From: Rhizobium sp. Q54 | GTDB lineage: Bacteria; Pseudomonadota; Alphaproteobacteria; UBA828 | DNA length: 64,000 bases | Direction of reading: 5' to 3' | Assembly (NCBI GenBank): GCA_945892755.1 | Contig: CAMDDO010000001.1 | Coordinates: 54,860-118,859, forward strand | Shown: positions 1-10,242 of the stretch, piece after piece | Layout: each line of letters opens with the position of its first letter | Position numbering within the stretch: the stretch's first letter is position 1 | Notes under the pieces: model-generated | The model's input: the letters and a program-made list of their open reading frames with translations, nothing else | Databases searched by the model: none | What the model was told of the DNA's origin: nothing | Made by a program: the position numbers and the translations under genes

Positions 1-28
1 CCGGACACCGGCGCGACCCTGCTGGCCG

Positions 29-502
29 ATGAGCCGGCTTCACCACGCCAGTTGCGTCGAATTCGAGCACGTCGGCCTCTTGCTGCGCGGTGCGGCCGGC
101 GCCGGGAAATCCGATCTTGCCCTGCGCTTGATTGACGCCGGCGCCACGCTCATCGCGGACGATCAGGTCGTCATTTCGGCGCGCGACGGGCGTCTGGTCG
201 CGCAACCGCCGGCGGCACTCGCCGGACTGCTTGAGATTCGCGGCCTTGGCGTCGTCGCACTGCCTCATGGCACCGAAACATTGCTTGCCCTCGCGGTCGA
301 TCTCATGGACGACGGCGAAATCGCTCGCCTGCCGGCGGCCGAGGCAACCACCATCGAAGGCGTAGTCCTGCCATTGATCCGACTCCAGCCCTTCGGAGCA
401 TCGGCGATCGCAAGACTTCGGATCGCGGCCCGTCTGGTCGACGGCCGGCTTGAGGGCGTCGAGGCCGCGCTGGGGCTCCGCCCCGCGCGACGATCGGCCT
501 GA
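29..502 (+). CDS. hprK: HPr kinase/phosphorylase (short alphaproteobacterial type)
   Basis: HASCV, Walker A GAAGAGKS, LIADD and GLLEIRGLG motifs; upstream of rapZ and PTS genes. Confidence 0.9.
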   Translation: MSRLHHASCVEFEHVGLLLRGAAGAGKSDLALRLIDAGATLIADDQVVISARDGRLVAQPPAALAGLLEIRGLGVVALPHGTETLLALAVDLMDDGEIARLPAAEATTIEGVVLPLIRLQPFGASAIARLRIAARLVDGRLEGVEAALGLRPARRSA

Positions 503-506
503 CGCC

Positions 507-1421
507 GTGGTAGACGAGACGGCGGCCGGTTCCGACGGCGCACGACGTCGGCTTGTTGTCCTCACCGGCATGTCGGGCGCCGGCAAATCGACCTCGCTTC
601 GGGTGCTCGAGGATCTCGGCTACGAGGTTGTCGACAACCTCCCGGTCACCTTGATCGGCGGCTTGGTACGTGGCGTCGATGGCGAAATCTCGCCGCGGCG
701 CCCGCTCGCGATATGCGTCGATGTGCGCACGCGCGAGTTCGATGTCGACCATTTCGAGCGCTATCTCGCGCCGCTGCTCGATCGCGACAGTCTCGATACC
801 ACGCTCATTTTCCTCGATTGCGACGATGAGGTCTTACGTCGGCGCTTCACCGAGACAAGGCGGCGCCACCCGCTGGCCGACGATCGACCGGTCAGCGACG
901 GCATTCGGCTCGAGCGCCAGCGCCTCGCCTGGGTTCGCAATCGAGCCGATCTGGTTGCCGACACCTCGGGCTTGGCGCTGCCCGACCTGCGGCGGCTGCT
1001 CACCGGGCATTTCGCGATCTCGAGCAAGGCCGGGCTTGGCGTGCACGTCGTCTCGTTCGGCTATCGCCACGGCCTACCGCCCGAGGCCGACCTCGTGTTC
1101 GACGTTCGTTTCCTCGCCAACCCGCACTATGAGCCGAGTCTGCGCGCCGGAACCGGCCTTGACGCCGAGGTCGCCACGTTCGTCGAGCAGGACTCCGCCT
1201 TTGCGCCATTCTTTGCTACGCTGACCGATATGCTGACCTCTCTGCTCCCTGCCTATGAACGCGAGGGCAAGGCCTATCTGACGATCGCCATCGGTTGCAC
1301 GGGCGGACGGCACCGGTCGGTCCACGTAGCGAGTCGGCTTGCCGAGGTGCTGCGCGCCGCCGGTTGGCCGGCTAGTTTGCGGCATCGTGACGTCGAACGC
1401 GCGGCGCCGGCTCGCGACTGA
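507..1421 (+). CDS. rapZ: RNase adapter RapZ / P-loop ATPase
   Basis: TGMSGAGKS, VDNLP, ETRRRHPL, DVRFLANP, GCTGGRHRSV; GTG start at 507 chosen just after the hprK stop. Confidence 0.93.
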   Translation: MVDETAAGSDGARRRLVVLTGMSGAGKSTSLRVLEDLGYEVVDNLPVTLIGGLVRGVDGEISPRRPLAICVDVRTREFDVDHFERYLAPLLDRDSLDTTLIFLDCDDEVLRRRFTETRRRHPLADDRPVSDGIRLERQRLAWVRNRADLVADTSGLALPDLRRLLTGHFAISSKAGLGVHVVSFGYRHGLPPEADLVFDVRFLANPHYEPSLRAGTGLDAEVATFVEQDSAFAPFFATLTDMLTSLLPAYEREGKAYLTIAIGCTGGRHRSVHVASRLAEVLRAAGWPASLRHRDVERAAPARD

Positions 1422-1461
1422 TGCGCCGGCTGACGCTTTCCTCCCGCAATCGGGTTTCCAC

Positions 1462-1869
1462 ATGATTGGTCTTGTTCTGGTTACGCATGGCCGCCTGGCC
1501 GAAGAATTCATCGCCGCTACCGAGCACGTGGTCGGGCCGCAGGAGCGCATGCGTGCCGTGTGCATTGGGCCCGACGACGACATGGAGCGTCGCCGCAAGG
1601 ACATTCTCGAGGCGGTCAGCGCGGTCAATGATGGCGACGGCGTCATTCTGCTGACCGACATGTTTGGCGGCACGCCGTCCAACCTCGCGATCTCGGTGAT
1701 GGATCGTGCCAAGGTCGAAGTCATCGCCGGCATGAACTTGCCGATGCTGATCAAGCTCGCCTCGGTGCGGAAGGAAGAGAGCCTCGAGCGGGCCGTTCTC
1801 AGCGCCCAGGAATCGGGACGCAAATACATCAACGTGGCAAGCAGCCTCTTGAACGGAGACGCGGTGTGA
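1462..1869 (+). CDS. PTS EIIA, mannose/fructose family
   Basis: MIGLVLVTHG (phospho-His), TDMFGGTPSN, GMNLPML. Confidence 0.92.
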   Translation: MIGLVLVTHGRLAEEFIAATEHVVGPQERMRAVCIGPDDDMERRRKDILEAVSAVNDGDGVILLTDMFGGTPSNLAISVMDRAKVEVIAGMNLPMLIKLASVRKEESLERAVLSAQESGRKYINVASSLLNGDAV

Positions 1870-2174
1870 ACGCGCCGGCCGACCAAAGCGTCAACGACGC
1901 GCCCGCGGGACGGCGCCGAACCGTGATGATTTCGAACCGGCTCGGCCTGCACGCGCGCGCCGCCGCCCGCTTCGTTCAGGCGGCGGCTGATTTCGAGGCT
2001 GAAATCTTGGTGTCGCGCAACGACACATCGGTTTCGGGATCGTCGATCCTGGGCCTGATGATGCTGGCGGCGGGGCCGGGACAGGAGATCGTGATCGAGG
2101 CCCGTGGCCGCGACGCCGATGCCGCCCTGCTGGCGCTCATCGCGCTGGTCGAGCGCCGCTTTGACGAAGACTAG
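1866..2174 (+). CDS. ptsH: HPr/NPr phosphocarrier protein
   Basis: NRLGLHARAAA (His15 motif) and SILGLMML (Ser46 motif); 4-nt overlap with EIIA. Confidence 0.9.
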   Translation: MNAPADQSVNDAPAGRRRTVMISNRLGLHARAAARFVQAAADFEAEILVSRNDTSVSGSSILGLMMLAAGPGQEIVIEARGRDADAALLALIALVERRFDED

Positions 2175-2181
2175 GCAAACG

Positions 2182-3969
2182 ATGGTCGAGCTGCGCGAGG
2201 AAGAGACGGAAGCAGGCGAGGCGTTCGAGCACCGCTTCGAGGGGCTTGGCGTTTCGTCGGGCATCGCGATCGGACCGGCCCATGTCATCGAGCGCGGTTT
2301 GATCGACCTGCCCGAATATGGCCTTGCCGAGCACGAAGTGGCGGGGGAGGTCGAGCGCTTCGAAGAGGCGGTCGCGGTTTCGACCAAGCAGCTTCGCAAG
2401 CTGCGCAGCAAGGCCAGCGACCTGCCCGGCGCCGCCGCCGAGGAACTCAGCTATTTGCTCGACGCGCACCTCCAGATGCTCAAGGGTTCGCGCCTGGTGC
2501 GTGGCGTGGCCGAGCGTATCCGGCGCCAACACATCAATGCCGAAGCGGCCGTGCAGGGCGCGCTGGTCGAGATCGGGCAGGCCTTCGCCGAGGTCAGCGA
2601 TCGCTATCTGGCGAGCCGGATCGACGACGTGCGGGAAGTCGGTACGCGCATCGTGCGCAATCTCTCGAAAGTGCCCTATCAGGCGTTCTCCTCCTTGCCG
2701 CAAGGCGCGATCATCATCGCCGAGGAGATCACGCCGGCCGACACCGCCTTGATGGACCCAACCAAGGTCGGCGGCTTCGCCTCGGCGCTCGGCGGCGCGG
2801 AGGGCCACACGGCGATCATGGCACGATCGCTTGGCCTGCCCGCCGTGCTGGGCGTCCCCAGCCTGGTCACCACGGCGAAGCCAGGCGATCTGATCATCGT
2901 CGACGGAACGCGCGGCCACGTCGTGGTCCATCCCTCGCGCGAAACCGTTGGGCGCTATCAGCGGCGGCGCGAGGCGCTGTTGCGCCGGCAGCGCCAGCTC
3001 GATCGGCTGCGTGGAATCGCGGCGATCACGCGCGATGGCGAGCGGATCGGGCTCCAGTGCAACCTCGAATTGCCGTCCGAACTGGTGCTTGCCCATGCCG
3101 CCGGCGCCGAAGGCATTGGCCTCCTGCGCAGCGAGTTCATGTACATGAACCGCGACCAGCCGCCGGGTGAAGAAGAACAATATCGTGTCTTGCGCACGAT
3201 CGTGGAAGGCATGGGCGGACACCCGGTCACGGTCCGCACGCTCGACGTCGGCTCCGACAAGCTCGCCTATTCGCTGGGCGAACATTTGAGCCCGAGCGTG
3301 AACCCGGCGCTTGGGCTGCGCGCGATCAGGCTTTCGCTCAAGGTACGGCCGCTGCTCGAAGCGCAGATCGGCGCCATGTTGCGCGCCAGCGCGCATGGTC
3401 CGGTGCGCATCCTGCTGCCGATGATCACGACCGTCGGCGAGGTCAAGGCGGTGCGCGAGCTGATCCTGCGCGTGGCGCGGCGGCTTTCGCGCAGCCGTGT
3501 GGCGATCAGCGATCCGCTGCCACCGGTCGGGGTGATGATCGAGACGCCGGGCGCCGCGCTGGCGGCCGATGCGCTTGCTCAAACCGCCGACTTCTTCTCG
3601 CTCGGCACCAACGACCTGACCATGTATACGCTCGCGATTGACCGCGGCGACGAGCAAGTCGCGCATCTATACGACCCGTTACATCCTGCCGTTCTGAGGC
3701 TTGTCCAATTTGCAATCGCGGCGGCGCGGCGCGCTCACATTCCGGTCAATTTGTGCGGCGAAATGGCCGGTAATCCGCGCTTTACCGCCCTCCTCCTCGG
3801 GCTTGGCCTGCGCGACCTCTCGATGGCCTCGCCCAGCCTGCCCAGAGTCAAACAGCGGATTCTCGATCTCGACCTCGGCGAGGCAAGCAGGCGCGCCGAA
3901 CAGATCATGCTGCAATCGGATTCAGGGGTGATCGCGGCGCTGATCGATGATTTCAACGCGCTCGACTGA
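2182..3969 (+). CDS. ptsI: PEP-protein phosphotransferase, enzyme I (no GAF domain)
   Basis: [49 protein letters not shown]. Confidence 0.92.
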   Translation: MVELREEETEAGEAFEHRFEGLGVSSGIAIGPAHVIERGLIDLPEYGLAEHEVAGEVERFEEAVAVSTKQLRKLRSKASDLPGAAAEELSYLLDAHLQMLKGSRLVRGVAERIRRQHINAEAAVQGALVEIGQAFAEVSDRYLASRIDDVREVGTRIVRNLSKVPYQAFSSLPQGAIIIAEEITPADTALMDPTKVGGFASALGGAEGHTAIMARSLGLPAVLGVPSLVTTAKPGDLIIVDGTRGHVVVHPSRETVGRYQRRREALLRRQRQLDRLRGIAAITRDGERIGLQCNLELPSELVLAHAAGAEGIGLLRSEFMYMNRDQPPGEEEQYRVLRTIVEGMGGHPVTVRTLDVGSDKLAYSLGEHLSPSVNPALGLRAIRLSLKVRPLLEAQIGAMLRASAHGPVRILLPMITTVGEVKAVRELILRVARRLSRSRVAISDPLPPVGVMIETPGAALAADALAQTADFFSLGTNDLTMYTLAIDRGDEQVAHLYDPLHPAVLRLVQFAIAAARRAHIPVNLCGEMAGNPRFTALLLGLGLRDLSMASPSLPRVKQRILDLDLGEASRRAEQIMLQSDSGVIAALIDDFNALD

Positions 3970-4045
3970 GCGTGCCGCCTGCAGTTGTAACCATGCGAGG
4001 CGGCTGATAAAACGGCCGCCCTGCCCAAGAACTCGGAGGCTCTCA

Positions 4046-5449
4046 ATGGCCGATGCTACCGACTACAAGGTCGCCGATATTGCCTTGGCCAAATGGGGCC
4101 GCAGCGAAATCGACATGGCCGAGACCGAGATGCCGGGCCTGATGGCGCTGCGCGACGAATTCAAGGGCAAGGCACCGCTCAAGGGCGCGCGCGTCGCCGG
4201 CTCCTTGCACATGACCATCCAGACCGCCGTGCTGATCGAGACCCTGCAGGCGCTCGGCGCCGACATTCGCTGGGCCTCGTGCAACATCTATTCGACACAA
4301 GACCACGCCGCGGCGGCGATCGCCGCGGTCGGCACGCCGGTCTTCGCCTATAAGGGCGAAACGCTGACCGAGTATTGGGACTATATCCACCGGATCTTCG
4401 AGTGGGCCGACGGCGGCACGCCGAATATGATTCTCGACGATGGCGGCGATGCGACCTTGTTGGTCCATCTTGGCTCCGAGGCCGAAAAGAATCCGTCCGT
4501 TCTGCCAAAGCCGCAAAATGAAGAAGAAGAGGCGCTCTTCGCCGCGATCAAGGCGCGGCTCAAAGCGAAACCCGGCTGGTACACCGCGCTTGCCAAGGCC
4601 ATACGCGGCGTGAGCGAAGAAACGACGACCGGCGTGCACCGGCTCTACCAAATGCAGAAGGAAGGCCGGCTGCTGTTCCCCGCGATCAACGTCAACGATT
4701 CAGTGACCAAGTCGAAGTTCGACAACATCTATGGCTGCCGCGAAAGCTTGGTCGATGGCATCAAGCGCGGCACCGACGTGATGATGTCTGGCAAGGTCGC
4801 GGTGGTGTGCGGCTTCGGCGATGTCGGCAAGGGCTCGGCCGCCTCGCTCCGCAATGCCGGCTGCCGCGTCGTGGTGACAGAGATCGATCCGATTTGCGCG
4901 CTTCAGGCCGCGATGGAGGGTTATCAGGTCGCCGCGATCGAAGACGCCCTATCGTTCGGCGATATTTTCGTCACCGCGACCGGCAATGTCGACGTCATCA
5001 CGCTAGAGCATATGCGCCAGATGAAGCACCGCGCCATTGTGTGCAACATCGGCCATTTCGATTCCGAGATCCAGGTCGCCGCGCTCAAGAACTACAAATG
5101 GCACAATGTGAAGCCACAGGTCGACGAGATCGAATTTCCTGACGGCAAGAAACTGATCCTCTTGTCGGAGGGGCGGCTGGTCAATCTCGGTAACGCGACC
5201 GGCCATCCGAGCTTCGTCATGAGCGCCTCGTTCAGCAACCAGACGCTGGCGCAGATCGAACTCTGGGCCAACGCGTCCAAATATGAGAAGGGCAAGGTCT
5301 ACATCCTGCCGAAGCATCTGGATGAGAAGGTCGCGGCTCTGCACCTGGCCAAGCTCGGGGTCAGGCTGACCAAACTGACCGACGCCCAGGCCAAGTATAT
5401 CGGCGTCAAGCAGACCGGCCCCTACAAGCCGGACCACTACCGTTATTGA
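4046..5449 (+). CDS. ahcY: S-adenosylhomocysteine hydrolase
   Basis: [50 protein letters not shown]-terminal YRY; GGAGG RBS before ATG 4046. Confidence 0.97.
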   Translation: MADATDYKVADIALAKWGRSEIDMAETEMPGLMALRDEFKGKAPLKGARVAGSLHMTIQTAVLIETLQALGADIRWASCNIYSTQDHAAAAIAAVGTPVFAYKGETLTEYWDYIHRIFEWADGGTPNMILDDGGDATLLVHLGSEAEKNPSVLPKPQNEEEEALFAAIKARLKAKPGWYTALAKAIRGVSEETTTGVHRLYQMQKEGRLLFPAINVNDSVTKSKFDNIYGCRESLVDGIKRGTDVMMSGKVAVVCGFGDVGKGSAASLRNAGCRVVVTEIDPICALQAAMEGYQVAAIEDALSFGDIFVTATGNVDVITLEHMRQMKHRAIVCNIGHFDSEIQVAALKNYKWHNVKPQVDEIEFPDGKKLILLSEGRLVNLGNATGHPSFVMSASFSNQTLAQIELWANASKYEKGKVYILPKHLDEKVAALHLAKLGVRLTKLTDAQAKYIGVKQTGPYKPDHYRY

Positions 5450-5532
5450 AGGGACGTGCCTCTATAGCCGGCGCTTGCCGGAATCGGTTGTGGTGTTACC
5501 ATCGCGCGCGCTCCAACCGAGTCCCCACCCGG

Positions 5533-7998
5533 ATGACGAGACTAGGCAAGGCGGCAGTAGCAGCGTTTGCGGTGTGTCTGGTTTTCGGCCAACGCAGCGC
5601 CGAGGCGGCCTGGCAGACTGAACAGTGGCTCACCGCCGGATTCGGCGCGGCTGCTTTGGTTGGCGCCGGCGCGATCGTTTTGCTGCTTCTGGTCCTTGCG
5701 CGGGCTTCACGAGAGCGCGCGACAAATCGTGCTGAGATCGACCGGCTTGACCTCGAAACCGCCGCCGTGCGCGAAGCGCTGGCCCGTGCGCCTTCGCTTC
5801 TTCTGTTTTGGCGCCGTGGCCAGCCGGAAGTTCGGCTGGTCAACAACCCGACGAACCCGTTCGCGCCCTTCAGCGGCACCACCGTGCGCCGCCTCGACGA
5901 TATCGCCAGCCGTTTGAATAGCTCGGATTTCGACGCGTTGCGCAATGATCTCGCGCGCCTTGAGCCGGGCGAACAAATGCGCCGGATGTGCCGCGGCGCG
6001 AGCGACAACAAAACTTTCGAGGCGGCGGCGGTGGCGGATGAGGAAAGTATTTTCCTGAGTTTCAGAGACGCCACCGCGCAGGCCGAGACGTTTTCGCGGC
6101 TCGAGACAGAAGTGGCTGCGCGGCGCGATGAGGCCGCCGGGCTGAGAGCCGTGGCTGACGCGATGTCCTTGCCAATGTGGCGGCGTGACGCGACTCTGGC
6201 GCTGGTGTGGTGCAATCCCGCCTACGCGGCGGCGGTCGAAGCCACGCCGGCCGACATCACAAAGCCGCCCGGCATCGAATTGGCACCCGTTCCGCCGGGC
6301 GGCGATACGCAGGCTTTGGCCCGCCGCGCGATCACCGAGGGGAGCGCCGCGACCGGTCTCACCCACGCCGTGCTTCACGGCGAACGCCGCCTGCTCGAGA
6401 TCAACGAGGCGCCCGCGGCAGGCGGCGGCACGGTTGGTTGGGCACGCGACGTGACTGACCTCGAGGTCGCGCGAACCACCGTCAAACAGCACATTTCGGC
6501 TCATGCCGAGGTGCTCGAATCACTTTCGACGGCGATCGCCATTTACAACGCGAGCCAGAACCTCACCTTTTTCAATTCGGAGTTCACCAAGCTGTTTCAG
6601 CTCGACGAGCTGTTCTTGCGCACCGAGCCGTCGCTCAGCGAGGTGATCGATGCCATGCGCGAGACGCGCCGAATCCCCGAGCAAGCCGATTGGCGCGCCT
6701 ATAAGACGCGCGTGCAGCGATTGTTCACGACCGTCACCGAACCGATGGAAGAGCTTCTGCACCTGCCCGACGGCGCGGTGCTGCGCCAGATCGCGACGCC
6801 GCACCCCTTTGGCGGCTTGATGTTCATCACCCTGGATGTCACCGACCGCTACGCACTCGAGCGCTCGCACTCGACGCTGGCGGCCGTGCAGCGGGCGACG
6901 CTCGACAATCTCTATGAAGCCGTCGCTGTGTTCGGCGCGGACGGCCGGCTCAAGCTGTCGAACCCGGGCTATGCCGCGATCTGGGGCCTCGATTCGGCGC
7001 ACCTTCTGAGCGAGCCGCATGTCAACGACCTGCTTGATCTCGTCCAGGGTCACTTCGAGGCAGCCGAGTTCGAGCAGCACAAGCGCGAGTTCGTTGCCCG
7101 CCTCTCGGAGCGCGCGCGGTCGAATCAGCGCCTATTCCGGCGCGACGGCAAGGTGCTCGATTGCGCTTTCGTGCCTCTGCCTGACGGCGCCACGCTGCTC
7201 ACCTATCTCGACATCAGTGACCGTTTCCAGGTCGAACGCGCGTTGCGCGATCGAACCGAGGCGCTTGAGACCGCCGATCGACTCAAATCGGAATTCGTCG
7301 CCAACGTGTCCTACGAGCTGCGCACACCGCTCAACACGGTGATCGGTTTCACCGAAATCCTGGTCAACCAGTATTTCGGGCCTCTCAACGAGCGCCAGCT
7401 GGAATATGCCCGAGGCGTGCTCGAATCGTCGCAGCAGCTTCTCTCGTTGATCAACGACATTCTCGATCTCGCCACCATCGAAGCCGGCTTGATTCAGCTC
7501 GAAATCGAATCGGTCGACGCGCACAGCGTCCTAGTCAGCATGCTCAATCTGGTGCAGGAGAGAGCGCGCAAGCAGCAGCTCGAGCTCACGCTCGATTGCT
7601 CACGCTCGATCGGCAGACTCGACGCCGACGAACGCCGGCTCAAGCAGGTGCTCTTCAACCTGTTGAGCAACGCGCTGAAGTTCACGCCGGCCGGCGGCCA
7701 AGTCACATTGGGCGCGCGGCGTGACGAGCAGTCGATGATGTTCTGGGTCTCCGATACCGGCATCGGTATCGAGCGCGACCAGCAGAAGAACGTGTTCGAC
7801 AATTTTCATCGCGGCACGTCGCCGGTCGCGCGCCAATCGGGCGCCGGCCTTGGCCTCTCGCTCGTGCGCTACTTCGTGGAGTTGCATGGCGGCGAACTCA
7901 GCCTCGATTCGCAGCCCGACGTCGGCACGACGGTGGCTTGCACGTTTCCGCTCGAGCCGCCGGCCGATGTCAAAGCGATGTCGCCGCTCAGCCAATGA
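5533..7998 (+). CDS. divL: Multi-PAS sensor kinase-like protein, DivL type (Tyr in H-box)
   Basis: N-terminal hydrophobic segment, PAS-like repeats, H-box ANVSYELRTPL, N box NLLSNALKFT, DTGIGI, GAGLGL; upstream of tsaE. Confidence 0.75.
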   Translation: MTRLGKAAVAAFAVCLVFGQRSAEAAWQTEQWLTAGFGAAALVGAGAIVLLLLVLARASRERATNRAEIDRLDLETAAVREALARAPSLLLFWRRGQPEVRLVNNPTNPFAPFSGTTVRRLDDIASRLNSSDFDALRNDLARLEPGEQMRRMCRGASDNKTFEAAAVADEESIFLSFRDATAQAETFSRLETEVAARRDEAAGLRAVADAMSLPMWRRDATLALVWCNPAYAAAVEATPADITKPPGIELAPVPPGGDTQALARRAITEGSAATGLTHAVLHGERRLLEINEAPAAGGGTVGWARDVTDLEVARTTVKQHISAHAEVLESLSTAIAIYNASQNLTFFNSEFTKLFQLDELFLRTEPSLSEVIDAMRETRRIPEQADWRAYKTRVQRLFTTVTEPMEELLHLPDGAVLRQIATPHPFGGLMFITLDVTDRYALERSHSTLAAVQRATLDNLYEAVAVFGADGRLKLSNPGYAAIWGLDSAHLLSEPHVNDLLDLVQGHFEAAEFEQHKREFVARLSERARSNQRLFRRDGKVLDCAFVPLPDGATLLTYLDISDRFQVERALRDRTEALETADRLKSEFVANVSYELRTPLNTVIGFTEILVNQYFGPLNERQLEYARGVLESSQQLLSLINDILDLATIEAGLIQLEIESVDAHSVLVSMLNLVQERARKQQLELTLDCSRSIGRLDADERRLKQVLFNLLSNALKFTPAGGQVTLGARRDEQSMMFWVSDTGIGIERDQQKNVFDNFHRGTSPVARQSGAGLGLSLVRYFVELHGGELSLDSQPDVGTTVACTFPLEPPADVKAMSPLSQ

Positions 7999-8504
7999 CA
8001 CCGCTCTCATCCGTTGTGCCATCGGGACCAAGCTCGACTTTCGAAGTCGAGCTCGCCGACCTTGCCGACACCGAACGGTTCGCGGCCCACCTCGCGCGTC
8101 AGACGCGGTCAGGCGACGTCATCGGTCTCGAAGGGCCGCTTGGCGCCGGCAAGACGACGTTCGCGCGCGGCTTTATCGTGGCGCTCTTGGGCCCCGTTGA
8201 AGTGCCAAGCCCGACCTTCACGTTGTTGCAGACCTACGAGCGGAACGACCTTTCGCTCTGGCATTTCGATCTCTATCGCCTCTCGAAACCCGAGGACGTT
8301 GTGGAACTCGGCCTCGAGGAAGCGCTCGGCCGCGCCATTGTCCTGATCGAGTGGCCCGAGCGACTTGGCGCCTTTGCGCCGGTCGATCGGTTGGTGATCC
8401 GCTTCGAGCCCGGTCCGGCGCACAATTTCCGGCATGCGCGGTTGACGGCCCATGGGCCGCGCGGTCATGCGCTGCTTGCCGCGCTGAGGGCGAAGACACC
8501 ATGA
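7995..8504 (+). CDS. tsaE: tRNA t6A biosynthesis ATPase TsaE
   Basis: GPLGAGKTT, VPSPTFTL, HFDLYRL, IEWP. Confidence 0.95.
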   Translation: MTPLSSVVPSGPSSTFEVELADLADTERFAAHLARQTRSGDVIGLEGPLGAGKTTFARGFIVALLGPVEVPSPTFTLLQTYERNDLSLWHFDLYRLSKPEDVVELGLEEALGRAIVLIEWPERLGAFAPVDRLVIRFEPGPAHNFRHARLTAHGPRGHALLAALRAKTP

Positions 8505-9517
8505 GCGAGCGCGACGACCAGATCGTGCGTTTCCTTGCCTCGGCCGGATGGGCTGGCGCCGTGCGTCGGCCGCTGGCTGGCGACGCCTCCTTCCGGCACT
8601 ATGAGCGCTTGAGCCGAAGCGGCGGCAGCGCCGTCCTGATGGACGCCCCGCCGCCCAAAGAAGACGTGCGCCCGTTCCTCGCCATCGCGCGCCATCTGAG
8701 CCGTCTTGGCTACAGCGCGCCCGTGATCAAGGCCGCCGACGAGGTGGCCGGATTCGTGCTGCTCGAAGATCTAGGTGACGATCTCTATACGCGTGTGCTG
8801 GCTGGCCCGGACGGCGCCCGGCTTGAGCCCGAGCTCTACGCCGCGGCGATCGATTTGCTGGCCGATCTTCACACGCGCCAGGCGCCGGAGGGGCTCGCGC
8901 GCTATGACGAGCCGCGCCTGCTGACCGAGACGGAATTGTTTCTCGACTGGTACGTGCCACGCCGCTTCGGCCGCATGGTCGAGCCGGCCGAACGCGAAGC
9001 CTATCGCGCGGCCTGGCGCGAGGTGCTGCCGTTTGCCTGGCGGGCACCCGCCGCGCTCGCCTTGCGTGACTACCACGCCGATAATCTGATTTGGTTGCCG
9101 ACGCGCGGCGGAACAACACCCGACCCGCAAGGCATTTGCCGTGTCGGGCTGCTCGACTTTCAGGACGCCATCGTCGCGCCCATGCCCTATGACTTGGTCT
9201 CACTGCTCGAAGACGCCAGGCGCGACGTGCCGGCGCCGCTTGTCGAAACCATGATTGCCCGGTATCTGGCCGCGCGCCCCGAGCTTGACGAAACGATTTT
9301 TCGCACCGCGTATGCCGTGCTCGGCGCGCAACGCAATGTGCGCATCCTCGGAATCTTCTCGCGTCTCTGCGTACGCGACGGCAAGGCGCGCTATCTCGGC
9401 TTCCTGCCGCGCGTTTGGGCTTTGGTCGAGCACGATCTGTCGCACCCGGCGCTCGCCCCGGTTGCCCGATGGTTCGCACGGGCCGTGCCACCCGCCGAAC
9501 GCGAGCGAGCCGCGTGA
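8501..9517 (+). CDS. amgK: Aminoglycoside-phosphotransferase-family MurNAc/GlcNAc kinase
   Basis: LAGDASFRHY, LMDAPP, RDYHADNL, LDFQDA, YDLVSLLED; between tsaE and a nucleotidyltransferase. Confidence 0.8.
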   Translation: MSERDDQIVRFLASAGWAGAVRRPLAGDASFRHYERLSRSGGSAVLMDAPPPKEDVRPFLAIARHLSRLGYSAPVIKAADEVAGFVLLEDLGDDLYTRVLAGPDGARLEPELYAAAIDLLADLHTRQAPEGLARYDEPRLLTETELFLDWYVPRRFGRMVEPAEREAYRAAWREVLPFAWRAPAALALRDYHADNLIWLPTRGGTTPDPQGICRVGLLDFQDAIVAPMPYDLVSLLEDARRDVPAPLVETMIARYLAARPELDETIFRTAYAVLGAQRNVRILGIFSRLCVRDGKARYLGFLPRVWALVEHDLSHPALAPVARWFARAVPPAERERAA

Positions 9518-10242
9518 TCGAGCCGCCGCGCCACGCCATGGTGCTGGCCGCGGGCAAGGGTGTGCGGCTGCGGCCGATCACCGAACGGGTGCCGAAGCCG
9601 CTCGTCAAGGTCGGCGGCCGCGCGTTGATCGACTACGCGCTCGGCGCCTTGATCGCGACCGGTGTGCGCGAGGCGGTGGTCAATGCGCACTATTTGCCCG
9701 AGGCGATCGAAGCCTTCGTCGCCGACTTTCGGCGCAGCCATCCTGCGCTTCGACTGCACCTCTCGCGCGAAGAGGCGTTGCTCGAGACCGGCGGCGGCGT
9801 GGTTTTCGCGCGCGGCCTGCTCGGCGGCGCGCCGTTCTACGTGCTCAATTCAGATGTCATCGTGCGCGATGGCGCGACGCCCGCGCTGCTTCGGCTCGCC
9901 CAGATGTTCGACCCGGCGCGCATGGACGCCCTGCTTCTGCTGCAACCGGTGTCGCGTGCCGTCGGCTATGACGGCAAGGGCGACTACCTGCTTGCACCCG
10001 ACGGTCGATTGATCAGTCGCAGCAACGAGCCGAGCGCGCCGTTCGTCTTTACCGGCGCACAGATACTGGCACCGCGCCTGCTCGACGGCGCACCGGAAGG
10101 CGCGTTCTCTCTCAAGGTTCTCTACGACCGCGCCGAGGCCGAGCGCCGCCTGTTCGGCCTGGTTCATGACGGCGCCTGGCTGCATATCGGCACGCCCGAT
10201 GCGCTGGACCTCGCCGAGCGGGCGATCGCGGCCGCGTCATGA
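9514..10242 (+). CDS. murU: MurNAc-1-phosphate uridylyltransferase-like nucleotidyltransferase
   Basis: AMVLAAGKGVRLRPIT, PKPL, LETGGG, NSD, WLHIGTP. Confidence 0.8.
   Translation: MIEPPRHAMVLAAGKGVRLRPITERVPKPLVKVGGRALIDYALGALIATGVREAVVNAHYLPEAIEAFVADFRRSHPALRLHLSREEALLETGGGVVFARGLLGGAPFYVLNSDVIVRDGATPALLRLAQMFDPARMDALLLLQPVSRAVGYDGKGDYLLAPDGRLISRSNEPSAPFVFTGAQILAPRLLDGAPEGAFSLKVLYDRAEAERRLFGLVHDGAWLHIGTPDALDLAERAIAAAS

Noticed and set aside
2137-3666. Long antisense ORFs (also 33866..35461, 42351..43901, 50409..51815 and others)
   Set aside because: They mirror well-supported genes, lack motifs, and are expected from GC-rich codon bias.
3970-4045. SAH riboswitch upstream of ahcY
   Set aside because: Only a simple GGCGGCTG-ATAAAA-CGGCCGCC hairpin; the GAGGAGCG..TGC, AGGCTC and CGCTC elements were not seen. 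An Rfam cmsearch would settle it.
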